Below are positions 30,201-38,959 of a stretch of 64,000 bases of DNA, one piece after another. Both the position numbers and the translations under genes were made by a program. Within the stretch, counting starts at the first letter, position 1. The number at the start of each line of letters is the position of its first letter. The notes below the pieces were generated by a model. The model had not been told where the DNA came from. It did not search any database and saw only the letters and a program-made list of their open reading frames with translations. Source of the stretch: Candidatus Poseidoniaceae archaeon (lineage in GTDB: Archaea; Thermoplasmatota; Poseidoniia; Poseidoniales; Poseidoniaceae). Where the stretch lies: assembly GCA_949372645.1 (NCBI GenBank), contig CASIAP010000008.1, forward strand, positions 22,623 to 86,622. The letters run 5' to 3'.

Positions 30201-33200
30201 CATCGGGTCAGTGGTGGAACACAGATGGCTCAGGAGGAATTGCTCAATGGGATATTGCAACCGGTACATGGGACCAAAGTATTCTACCAATCGGACAGGT
30301 TGACCGCGTCACTGCATACGAATCTTCAACCGGCAATATGTGGGTCTCTTGGGGCGAAAGTAACCTCGAACTCATCGCACCAAATGGAACAACGATGGGT
30401 ACTTGGGACGATGATGACTTCAACTTCCCAATCCGAGAAATTCTCGAATACAATGGTGAAGTTTTGTTCGCCACCGAAGACGGCGTTGCTCGTTACAACG
30501 AAACGAGCGATCAATGGCTCACAATGTGGGAAGAAGGAAATGGACTCCCGAACAATGCTGGTTCTCAAATCTATGAGTTGTGGACCGACGGTACAAATTT
30601 GGTCGTAGGTGGTGGAGATGTTAGCAACTTTGGCCAATTCCAAGGTGGCCATGTATCCCACTGGGACGGAACGGCTTGGAATGAGTACACGATGGGCCAA
30701 AGTGGAACGCCAGGTGGTTATCCACTTTCGATGGCTGAATGCGGCGGCTTACTTCACGTTGGAATCTATGCCAACAACGGCGGTGTAGCCCGCTTCGACA
30801 TGGCCAACGACACCTTCGTCGGCTCATTCACTCGGGCCGACTTCGGCAACAGCCAAGTTTCAGGCGTAGCCTGCGATACAACCGATACGCTGTACGTCGC
30901 ATTTTATGAAGACGAAGCTGACATCAAGAAATACGGATATTCAACTGGTGCATGGCTCACGCCGATTACTACTACCACCAATAATCTTCCAAGCGACCGC
31001 GTTTGGTGGGATGCAATCGACTATGCAAACGGCCAACTTGTTCTCGGGCACGGAATTGGCCTGAGTGGCAATAACATCATCGGTGGCGGTTACACCATTA
31101 TCGCCACATCTGGAAACTCAAACGCTCAAGCAAACATCAACGGTGCTGGCTCTTCAGTCACTTCATTCCAATGGGTCAACAATCAATGGTTGATGGGACA
31201 AGCTGGTGGCTCCTCTGGATTCAGTAAGGTCGAAACATTGAGTGCGCTCGGCCAGAACACCGTTGCAACCCTCCCTGGCCTTGTGAGTGGGCAAGTGACC
31301 ACAATGACTGGCAACTCGACTCACCTCTGGGTTACAACCGCCGGTACCAGTCAAGGATTTGGCCAATCCAGTGGAGCTGGAATGCTTCAAGGAGAACGCC
31401 AAACAGACGGGTCCATTCTTTGGCAAGATGGATGGATAATGGCTGCAAACAGTAAAGCGCAAGATGCTGAACTTATCGGCACCGACCTGTACATCTCTTC
31501 AACCCCTACTGGCTTGTATAAACTCGATACATTGACTGGAATCGTCTCCCGCCTCAACGGTGGATTACACAATAATCTTGATGGAATGGTACTCGATGGA
31601 ACAACGTTGATTCTCGGATTGATGGGTAGCGGCGGCTCAGCACCTGGAGTTCAATTATACGATCTCCAAACCGGCTACGGAAATGGTAAATTGATTGGGG
31701 GATTGCCATCAAATGCAATCAATAATTTCGCTGCAACAGCAGATGTCCTCTACATCGCAACGAATGGCGGAGTTGGGCGTTGGAATTATGCAGCCTCCGA
31801 TTGGATGAATCCACTCACAACCTCAGACGGACTTCCTACCAATGTTGTTGAAGATGTTCTTGTCGAAGGAAACTCTCTCTGGATGACCACAACTGCTGGT
31901 TTAGTTCGAATGAATCTTACAACCAATGCAACGACCCTCTACACCTCTGCCTCCGGGCTCATGGGGACTTCAACCATGTCACTTACCTCTTATACACCTA
32001 ATGGTGGCGAAACAACACTGTTCATTGGACATGATGGCGCAGGAAGTGAACGACCTGCTGTGACCACCATCGGTTTGAGCACAGGAACAATTGTTGGACA
32101 TGAGTTTGACCAATTACCTTCGAATAATATCGACGCATTAGCAAGTGATTACTGGGGCGTTCACATCGCTACAGATATTGGCCCAATGACGCATTGGAAC
32201 AGCACCTCATCTTTCTTTGAAAATGGAATCCCATCCTTCCAAGTCTTTGGTTGGCCTGTAGAAAAAATGGTCAGTGATGGAGACCATCTCCTAGTATTTG
32301 GTGGAAACGGAGTTTCAATTGTTGAAGCTCGGACAAATTCGCATCAAAACCTCAAGATGATTTCAATGCCGTTGCTTACTGGTGGAACAATTTCTTCCGA
32401 TTATATTTGGCTCACAACAGATGGTGAAGGATTGTATGGATACGAAAATAATCCACAATATACAGAAATTGAACGAGTATCGGTTCGATATGCCGACCCA
32501 CTCAATGTTGGCTTCAATTTAGCAACCCAAGACATCACTGATATGACTCACCCTGGAATGAGTATTACGCTTGTAGATCTCAATTCAACGGTTGCTCTCG
32601 ACTCGACACAAGGAGTTGCGGGAACCAATGGCATCTTGTTCCAAACTGTGCCTTTGGCATTCACCTCTCCAGTGAACAATGCGGCAACATGGGCTCAATC
32701 AAAGAGCCTCAAATACAATGCAACCATTGAACTCAACAACAATCCTGACTTTGAAACGACAATGCAACTCGCTGTGGATAACGGCATTATTGTCAACGGA
32801 ACACAATACATGCGGATGACATTGCGCTCTCCTTCAAACGGTTCGATTCATGTTCGGCTCATCTATGATTATGTCCGTACTGAAACACCGATTTCTATGA
32901 CCGATATCATCGACAGACCTGATGATGGCGGTGGTGCATTGTTAGCCAATTGGAGTCTTGTTCATGATGATAACTTCGCTCGATACCTCGTCTACGTCAA
33001 TGACGGCCCTGTTTGGACAGTTGACGGTGGCTCACTCACCGGAGATGACCTCGCAGGACGCACGATTGACAAAGCAATCTCCTTGCACAGCCGTCTTTCC
33101 AGTGAAGTAACTACTGCTAATGGAGTTCCCTTAGTTGATGGTGAGCAATACTACGCAGTCGTTGTAGTTGAATACGATGATGGGCATTTAGGAACGCCTT

Positions 33201-35503
33201 CTCCGATTATGGGTCCTGCTTCACCAACCAATGAAATTCCTCTCTCGCCATTATGGGCAAATGCTGGACCTCATGACGGCGGAGCTGACGGCGATCTAGA
33301 AGTGGAATGGGCTCGATGTACCTCGATTGATTTAGTAGGTACGATGATTTATGCTTCAACCAGTTCAATGACTGATGTGTTGGGATTAAGACCAGCTGCT
33401 GAAGTTGATAAGACGGAAGGAAACATGACGGTTTTGTCACTTGATGCTGGTCAGCCTTACTGGCTTGCACTCACATGTGTCGATGAATCGGGTCAAGAGG
33501 ATGTGATGAATCCAACAATCATTGGACCTGTCGTCCCTACAGGTGGTTTGAACGACAACACTGCACCTCCAAAGATGGAGAACGTAGCTGCTATTGACAC
33601 ACCGGACGATGATGGTGGACGAATTACCGTTTCATGGGATGTTAATCCTGCGGAAGACTGCACGTTCTATGCTGTATTTATTCGATTGGCATCGGGCGGT
33701 TTTGATGGCGAGACGATTCCATCCGCTTCTGTTGCAAACAGTGAATATTCTCAAGCGAAAATCATTGATGATTGCTCTGAAACTTCAACCATTGTTACGA
33801 GTATCGACGGTGTTGCAATCCAAGATGGACAAGCGTACTATGTTGGTGTTGTTGCTTATGATGACTGGTTGAATGTGAACCTCGATGATGTTGACCTCGT
33901 CCGGGTCACATCACTACGCAATACTGCAGGAAGTGGAACAACACCGGACCGAGTTGGTACAGTCAATGCCTTTGACCATCCTGATGATGATGGAACTGCA
34001 ATTGATGTTATCTGGTCGATCTCGGATGCAGATGACTTCTCCCACTACATTGTCTGGGCTGCTGACCAACCAATCTCTGACCTTTCGATTGCTTGGGCTG
34101 CCTTTGGCGATGATGAAGGAAAATGCGCTTGTTTGAAGATTAACAAACAGTGGATTGATGAAGATTACAATCCGATTGAATTATCGATTTCAACCGCTCT
34201 CTATGGCGGCGACTCTATCATTGATGCTACACCACAAATCATCAAGCCTGATGTTGAATTGTTCGTTGTCGTAACTGTTCACGACCTTGCAGGAAACGTC
34301 TATCTCACAGACTTACCTCAAGCCAGTGTCATTCCAATCAACAACCTGCAAGATGTTACTGCACCTGCACCACTGGAAACGCTCGAACTGTATGACCGTC
34401 CAAATGATGATGGAAGCGCTTTACTACTCGACTTTGAATTGAGTGAAGAAAGTGATATTGCAAGCTATGAGGTCTATGCAGCTACCTGGTCCTTTGATGC
34501 TGTGGGCATGGGAAGCACAGGACCTTCAACGCCAGTTGCTGTTCTATCTCGCTTACCCGAACTTCCACTTACCATCGAGATTGTGGCCGGAGACACTCCA
34601 GTCATTGCTGGACAGGAGATCTGGGCTGTCGTCGTCGTTCGAGACACTGCTGGAAATGCTCAAGAAATTGATTTAGTGAGTGTTTCAGCACAATCGGTTG
34701 ATGATGGAGTTGATGCCTTTGGTGGATACCTTGATTCGATTGAAGATATTGTCTTGACTTGGAACTCGGAAACAAATATTCTCGTCGAATGGAGTCCTTC
34801 TTCTGACTCGAGTGTTCAAGGCTACCGTGTTTATATTTCAAACACGGACTTTTCTTCATATTCGGAAGCGGACTTTGTTGCTGAGATTAAGGCATCGGAA
34901 TCGTTCCTTATCACACCAAATGCCTACGAGCCACTTGTGAATATTTCTGAATGGTATATCGCTGTAACACCCTTTGACAAACTCTTTGAAAGAGAGGAAG
35001 TCGATGCGGTTATGATCGATGCATTTGGTAAAGACAACGCAAATGGGGATGGCGGGCAAGATGAGGCTCTTGAAAATGAGTTCTCGTCCCTTCTTACCAC
35101 TCCAAATCTTTTGGCAGCTGGACTGTTGGTCGTTGCCCTTCTGTTGCTTGTAGCAATTGTTCGCTCACGTGGAGGGCGACGGAACCGCGACCAATCACTC
35201 GAATTACAAGAAGCAACTTGGGGAATTCAGGATGATGGCTGGGGTGCAACCAGCACTCCTGCTCCACCTCCTATGCCAAGTAAGGCCGTACCAAATATTG
35301 AGCAAAACAAAGCGAATGATCTCTATGCAGCGGCACAACCCATTGACAATCAAGACCTCTATGGGCGGCCAGCATACCAGGCCCCACAACCGGTTATGCA
35401 ACCTGCTCAGAACAATGCATTACTGAATGATCTTGCTGGGCCGACTTCTCCACAACTCCCTCAAGCGAGCATTGATACATCCTTCTTGGATGACTTGCTT
35501 TGA
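27215..35503 (+). CDS. Giant (~2760 aa) type-I surface protein: signal peptide, multiple beta-propeller blades, FN3-like modules, TM, Pro/Gln-rich cytoplasmic tail
   Basis: Uninterrupted 8.3-kb ORF, open from TTG 27206. Signal ALLLVALMLLSSAAPLLTISGVSAHE. There are at least 12 blade-like motifs G-[VLIA]-x-[RQE]-[WYF]-[DN], e.g. GVVRWD, GLARYD, GVLRYD, GVARYD, GVARYN, GVARFD, GVGRWN. Four modules open with P-[DN]-D-[DG]-G. TM LLAAGLLVVALLLLVAIV. The tail ends SFLDDLL. Confidence 0.85.
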   Translation: MNMKANTVALPRDSQRALLLVALMLLSSAAPLLTISGVSAHETSISTVWPQEGSNDTGWVQLDAVGANPTTGGQASASWTLEFAPGADLSNVSFQVRVNGSDGLMIEEPMLVASDIGVNLLDWRGLGMFGSQDSFTGPNPYSGRLNSNSDSGATWTLPSDAEITELVIEALSPVDPMVALAPLELVITASAIHPDDGRMYLAIDDALLALDYSNDPLVIDVIEFDSPLHDLEIDTTNNLLHVLTENVFHAFSLDDTSEQTPLSWPAQAPYDKFMIASNGNVYAANQNGIAQWDGVSWSFPMSKTTQGAALDMLEVNNILYISFDDEGVVRWDLGSGSALSTWSTANSLHSDEITEMIISGNQLLLASPSKGLARYDWSSGFWLSTWNDGNWLTSNAINGMARSGSDLFILSGDTLHEYDTTVGVFSSTQTISTFGLTGDGQDLIVWPTIGSRAPVNETLLLGNGFGSFAELSPGSTPLQTGTVLIGSGPTSSSMQDATELNGVVFIAADQWMNRFDTQASRWLQPVYLGTTVNHLMNDGSHVFIASESGMHQMHNNGTLLQTWDSSNTDLTDDEIIRVDSDGLTAVGITGQGQMVLIDLSGANTAVAPQYDAAAVDLALFSNTVHLATDGEGVLRYDLSNSSWLTPWISTGVNGANNVPVAVTGDILYFGIPGYGVARKDLSTGELLVPLIETGNNGQGSSTEVLPNDNIYALEADGNNLYIGTSGGAIEWDGSSSTSFQTGSSWDTRPQQYFDFAVSGGTVYAATNIGVCAWSTSQISSTNPDCLNVFDGMPNWATYSVEADGYGYIFGGTTSGVGIITASPYEVIGDWEAGEQTQNAPVEVIDDIAYIGLNGIGVARYDIPNNAWLTLWTEDNVLDGGNEEVTGLIADVTPGQIWISGDDGFQLLNTTTGAEVYDIESGSSLFGDGAGTTGPAYDLIVDNGIMYYHTGEADVYRLDIVNYSRLSYLEAGAQVDENNGDAFGMNLVDGKIMVSIASGQWWNTDGSGGIAQWDIATGTWDQSILPIGQVDRVTAYESSTGNMWVSWGESNLELIAPNGTTMGTWDDDDFNFPIREILEYNGEVLFATEDGVARYNETSDQWLTMWEEGNGLPNNAGSQIYELWTDGTNLVVGGGDVSNFGQFQGGHVSHWDGTAWNEYTMGQSGTPGGYPLSMAECGGLLHVGIYANNGGVARFDMANDTFVGSFTRADFGNSQVSGVACDTTDTLYVAFYEDEADIKKYGYSTGAWLTPITTTTNNLPSDRVWWDAIDYANGQLVLGHGIGLSGNNIIGGGYTIIATSGNSNAQANINGAGSSVTSFQWVNNQWLMGQAGGSSGFSKVETLSALGQNTVATLPGLVSGQVTTMTGNSTHLWVTTAGTSQGFGQSSGAGMLQGERQTDGSILWQDGWIMAANSKAQDAELIGTDLYISSTPTGLYKLDTLTGIVSRLNGGLHNNLDGMVLDGTTLILGLMGSGGSAPGVQLYDLQTGYGNGKLIGGLPSNAINNFAATADVLYIATNGGVGRWNYAASDWMNPLTTSDGLPTNVVEDVLVEGNSLWMTTTAGLVRMNLTTNATTLYTSASGLMGTSTMSLTSYTPNGGETTLFIGHDGAGSERPAVTTIGLSTGTIVGHEFDQLPSNNIDALASDYWGVHIATDIGPMTHWNSTSSFFENGIPSFQVFGWPVEKMVSDGDHLLVFGGNGVSIVEARTNSHQNLKMISMPLLTGGTISSDYIWLTTDGEGLYGYENNPQYTEIERVSVRYADPLNVGFNLATQDITDMTHPGMSITLVDLNSTVALDSTQGVAGTNGILFQTVPLAFTSPVNNAATWAQSKSLKYNATIELNNNPDFETTMQLAVDNGIIVNGTQYMRMTLRSPSNGSIHVRLIYDYVRTETPISMTDIIDRPDDGGGALLANWSLVHDDNFARYLVYVNDGPVWTVDGGSLTGDDLAGRTIDKAISLHSRLSSEVTTANGVPLVDGEQYYAVVVVEYDDGHLGTPSPIMGPASPTNEIPLSPLWANAGPHDGGADGDLEVEWARCTSIDLVGTMIYASTSSMTDVLGLRPAAEVDKTEGNMTVLSLDAGQPYWLALTCVDESGQEDVMNPTIIGPVVPTGGLNDNTAPPKMENVAAIDTPDDDGGRITVSWDVNPAEDCTFYAVFIRLASGGFDGETIPSASVANSEYSQAKIIDDCSETSTIVTSIDGVAIQDGQAYYVGVVAYDDWLNVNLDDVDLVRVTSLRNTAGSGTTPDRVGTVNAFDHPDDDGTAIDVIWSISDADDFSHYIVWAADQPISDLSIAWAAFGDDEGKCACLKINKQWIDEDYNPIELSISTALYGGDSIIDATPQIIKPDVELFVVVTVHDLAGNVYLTDLPQASVIPINNLQDVTAPAPLETLELYDRPNDDGSALLLDFELSEESDIASYEVYAATWSFDAVGMGSTGPSTPVAVLSRLPELPLTIEIVAGDTPVIAGQEIWAVVVVRDTAGNAQEIDLVSVSAQSVDDGVDAFGGYLDSIEDIVLTWNSETNILVEWSPSSDSSVQGYRVYISNTDFSSYSEADFVAEIKASESFLITPNAYEPLVNISEWYIAVTPFDKLFEREEVDAVMIDAFGKDNANGDGGQDEALENEFSSLLTTPNLLAAGLLVVALLLLVAIVRSRGGRRNRDQSLELQEATWGIQDDGWGATSTPAPPPMPSKAVPNIEQNKANDLYAAAQPIDNQDLYGRPAYQAPQPVMQPAQNNALLNDLAGPTSPQLPQASIDTSFLDDLL
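32914..34860 (+). repeat. Protein-level tandem FN3-like modules inside the giant ORF
   Basis: Module starts are RPDDGGGALLANWS (~32914), TPDDDGGRITVSWD (~33593), HPDDDGTAIDVIWS (~33971) and RPNDDGSALLLDFE (~34391). A fifth, more divergent module has IVLTWNSE..VEWSPS..GYRVYIS. Confidence 0.6.
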
Positions 35504-35506
35504 GGC

Positions 35507-36301
35507 GTGTCAATGAGTGGAGAGAGTTCCGGTAATCCTCGTGATGCGGTCTTTACAACTGCGTTGTGGGATGGTGCTTTTGCTCTTGCTGATTGGGGGC
35601 TCCATTTGCAAAGACTGAATGAGCACGCCGGGCGTTTGCGCCTTCAATTACCTCTTGATTTAACACAACAACTTCTCGATTTTTTTGTGAAAGAAGAACA
35701 AGAGCAAGACAATAAATCTTCTGTTGAACCTTCAAGATTGGTTCGAATTCAATGCTCGCGTACTGGAGAGGTATTCATTGAAACTCGTCAAATTCTGTTC
35801 CGCAATGAAGACATCGATGCAATCACACTACCTGCTCCAAGATGGTCATCAAAGGTAAATGGAACAAAACATGGAGATTGGAACATCTATCTGGAAGCCC
35901 ATGGTATTGCTGAAAGGCGTGGGGCTGATCTCGCATTCCTTGTACATGACTATGCAATTGTCGATGCAGACAGAGCGATGCCGATGGTTCTGGATGATGA
36001 TGGAAGTGCGTGGGTTGCAGGACAAGACGAAGGAGGAGTTGCAAGCATAACGTTCAAGATTCTAGCAAAAGGACTTGAAGCGGCAGGTATTCCAATTCAG
36101 TTCGGACGATTAAACGAACGCTTAGTTGCCCGTGCTGCAGAAGTCATTGCTGTTGGAAGTGGCATTGGTGCATGCAGAGTCCTTTCACTCGATGATGAAA
36201 TGCTTGGCGAAGGGGTTGCTCTTACTAAGCAATGTCAATCTCTTTTGAATGCTCACTACCAAGACAAAGAAACTTGGTTTGATGTGAGGTCTGAGTCATG
36301 A
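35507..36301 (+). CDS. pabC: Class-IV aminotransferase-fold protein, probable aminodeoxychorismate lyase
   Basis: GLHLQRLNEHAGRLRLQLP near the N-terminus and TKHGDWNIYLEAHGIAERRGADLAFLV fit the ADCL/BCAT fold-type IV pattern. Its stop overlaps (ATGA) the start of the PabB-PabA gene. Confidence 0.55.
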   Translation: MSMSGESSGNPRDAVFTTALWDGAFALADWGLHLQRLNEHAGRLRLQLPLDLTQQLLDFFVKEEQEQDNKSSVEPSRLVRIQCSRTGEVFIETRQILFRNEDIDAITLPAPRWSSKVNGTKHGDWNIYLEAHGIAERRGADLAFLVHDYAIVDADRAMPMVLDDDGSAWVAGQDEGGVASITFKILAKGLEAAGIPIQFGRLNERLVARAAEVIAVGSGIGACRVLSLDDEMLGEGVALTKQCQSLLNAHYQDKETWFDVRSES

Positions 36302-38535
36302 GTCAACGTTTTCTATCCTTGCACACCCATTTGCGTGACATAGGATTACTTGGGAAAGGGGCTGTTCATTTTGGAGGGCCTGATGAGTTACTGCTCTACT
36401 CTGGTGGGCCACAATCACATCTTGCACAATTTTCAATGCTTTGTGGGCCTTCTCGAAAGCGAGTGTTCGTTCGTCAACCAAGCCGTGCTAAGGTTTCACC
36501 CGCTCAACCACACAGCCCATTGAAGGGAGAAGTGCGATTAGTGAAAGAGAAATTACCGTTTATTGCTCAAGTTGAAGAATGGAAGCATGGATGCTGGTAT
36601 CACTCAACCTCTATATTTGCAAGTTCATTAGCTGAACTTTTAGAAAAACTTCGCCCGCATACCCCTACGCAGTTCTTTGAAGAAGTTCCTGATTCGTCGT
36701 TACCTCAACGGCCTTTTTGGTCAGGTGCCTTAGCCTATGACATGGTGCAATGGACACGTCCCCTTCAGCTCCAACATGTGCCTGAGGAAGGGGAATTACT
36801 CACCCTCTTGTGGCTTGTTGAACGAATTATAGTCCATGAAAAGGCAACCGATATGGTTCGGAGTCATGCTCTCAAAGGAGACCTTTGGCATGAAGAAGTC
36901 TCCCCACATACTGAACATGATGCTGTTATGCAGGCTTTGCCAGAATCGCCTCGCTCACTTGAAACAAGTTCGATGACGGATGAACAACATGAGCAAGCGA
37001 TTGAATCGGTACGTGAAAGTATTCGTGAAGGACAAATGTACCAAGTAAATGTTGGGCGATGGTGGAATGGGAAAATTCGAGAACACCCTTGGCGGATTTT
37101 TCAGAGATTGAATGAAACAAACCCTGCCCCTTTCTCAGCCTATCTTGAAGCACCTGACCTGAGTTTTTCTTTAGTTTGTTCATCCCCCGAATCGTTACTC
37201 AAATGTGATGGAGAATCAGTCTTTACGTCTCCAATAAAAGGAACACGCCCTCGAGGTGCTCATCCTGAACAAGAAAAAGATTTACGAAATGAAATGATCA
37301 ATGATGAAAAGGAAAGATCTGAACATCGAATGTTGGTTGACTTGATGCGAAATGATATTTCTACCGTCTCGAAAATTGGAAGTGTTCAAGTTGAACGGTT
37401 CGATGTTGAAGCTTATGCACAGGTACAACATCTTGTCTCTCATCTTTCTGGCGTATTGGATGAGGATTCAAATGGCCTTGATGCATTACAGGCAGTGTTT
37501 CCCGGTGGAAGCATCACTGGCTGTCCACGGACTGTGGTTTGTGCAGCAATCGATGAGTTAGAGCAACATCCGCGCTCGTTTTGGACTGGCTCAATCGGAT
37601 GGGTCGATGTCGTTTCAGGGGCGTGTTCATGGAATATACTGATTCGAACTTTGATTGCGAGAAAACAACGTGGACAATGGCATGGAAGTGTTGCTGCAGG
37701 AGGAGGAATTACCATCGGCTCTCACCCAAAAATAGAGGTTGAGGAAGCAAAATGGAAGGCGGCTGCTCTTCGTAAGGCGTGCGGTTGGATTGATGGAGAG
37801 AACTCGGAATTGCCAGTTGGTAAACTCACAAATCATAAATTGGAAGTGGAGACTGTTCCAATCGCCTCTGCAGAAGGGAGTGTACGATTTATTGACGAGA
37901 ATACAGTAGCTGAAGGTTGCGTCCTGTTCATTGACAACCTCGACTCCTTTACGCTCAATATTGCTCATGCAATCGCTGGCTTAGGGCGAGAGGTTTTGAT
38001 TTACAAAGCAAGAGATGGTCCTCTCAATTCAAACTGGGACGAAGCTTCGTGTATCGAATTCGCAGACCGATTCCAGCCAACGCATATTGTACTTGGCCCT
38101 GGCCCAGGAGAGCCGAAAGATTCACCTCTCACGATGGGTCTTGCTCGTTCTGCTCTGTCTGGTGAAGTTACAACTCCAATCCTTGGGATTTGTTTGGGCC
38201 ATCAAGCTCTTGGAATTGCTGCTGGAATGGAGTTGGTGCACTCTCCAGATGGACCTGTTCATGGAGCGCCCCGGGCGTGTCTGCATAACCAAACAGGACT
38301 GTTCTCAACCTTGCAATCACCTGCCGTATTCATCCGTTACAACTCACTGTGTATTGCATCTATGCCGGATGGCCCCTATATCGAAACTGCACATGAAGAC
38401 GGAACAAATATGGTGATGGGAATTCAACATCCTGACGTACACATACATGGAATTCAGTTTCATCCAGAGTCTGTTGGTTCAAAGGAAGGCCTCGAATTGC
38501 TGAAGAATTTCCTCGCTCTTGAAGCGGATGATTGA
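36298..38535 (+). CDS. pabB: Aminodeoxychorismate synthase, fused component I (PabB, N-terminal) and glutamine amidotransferase (PabA, C-terminal)
   Basis: SPIKGTRPRG has the Lys of the PabB-type PIKGT motif; anthranilate synthases have Ala there. Also GGSITGCPR. GATase triad context GICLGHQALG and HGIQFHPES lies in the last ~200 aa. Confidence 0.85.
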   Translation: MSQRFLSLHTHLRDIGLLGKGAVHFGGPDELLLYSGGPQSHLAQFSMLCGPSRKRVFVRQPSRAKVSPAQPHSPLKGEVRLVKEKLPFIAQVEEWKHGCWYHSTSIFASSLAELLEKLRPHTPTQFFEEVPDSSLPQRPFWSGALAYDMVQWTRPLQLQHVPEEGELLTLLWLVERIIVHEKATDMVRSHALKGDLWHEEVSPHTEHDAVMQALPESPRSLETSSMTDEQHEQAIESVRESIREGQMYQVNVGRWWNGKIREHPWRIFQRLNETNPAPFSAYLEAPDLSFSLVCSSPESLLKCDGESVFTSPIKGTRPRGAHPEQEKDLRNEMINDEKERSEHRMLVDLMRNDISTVSKIGSVQVERFDVEAYAQVQHLVSHLSGVLDEDSNGLDALQAVFPGGSITGCPRTVVCAAIDELEQHPRSFWTGSIGWVDVVSGACSWNILIRTLIARKQRGQWHGSVAAGGGITIGSHPKIEVEEAKWKAAALRKACGWIDGENSELPVGKLTNHKLEVETVPIASAEGSVRFIDENTVAEGCVLFIDNLDSFTLNIAHAIAGLGREVLIYKARDGPLNSNWDEASCIEFADRFQPTHIVLGPGPGEPKDSPLTMGLARSALSGEVTTPILGICLGHQALGIAAGMELVHSPDGPVHGAPRACLHNQTGLFSTLQSPAVFIRYNSLCIASMPDGPYIETAHEDGTNMVMGIQHPDVHIHGIQFHPESVGSKEGLELLKNFLALEADD

Positions 38536-38572
38536 AGAATCGTGCGCGATTGGAGAGAGTTGAGGGAGTAGT

Positions 38573-38959
38573 ATGCCGACCTGCAGACATTGTTCAAGCA
38601 CCTATTCTCGAGAGCAATTCATTCATGGAAATGGACCGAAAGCACAAGTCTGTGTTCGGTGCGGTATTGAGAAAGGCTTAGTCTCCAAAGAAGAAGCTGC
38701 GAACATGTATGATGATTCGCTCAGCAGTGCACGATTGCAAGTTATGGCACGCAGATACAGCGTGTTCATGTATATTCCACTCTTATGGACACTATGGATT
38801 ATGGTTTTGAGTGACGTTAGTCCTTGGGGCTGGTATTTCCTCGGTTTGCTGATTATCTTGACGTTAATTGCACCGGTTTGGTTCATTTATCGCGGAGGAC
38901 AATATTCGGGTGACATGGCACGCCTAACACCTGATTACGAACGTCCTGAAGGCCACTGA
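38573..38959 (+). CDS. Zinc-ribbon membrane protein, hypothetical
   Basis: CRHC...x17...CVRC at the N-terminus, then two hydrophobic helices. 128 aa. Confidence 0.5.
   Translation: MPTCRHCSSTYSREQFIHGNGPKAQVCVRCGIEKGLVSKEEAANMYDDSLSSARLQVMARRYSVFMYIPLLWTLWIMVLSDVSPWGWYFLGLLIILTLIAPVWFIYRGGQYSGDMARLTPDYERPEGH

Noticed and set aside
36298-38535. Alternative reading of the fusion as anthranilate synthase TrpE(G)
   Set aside because: The PIKGT motif carries the PabB-type Lys, and the upstream overlapping gene is PabC-like. No trp genes are adjacent.
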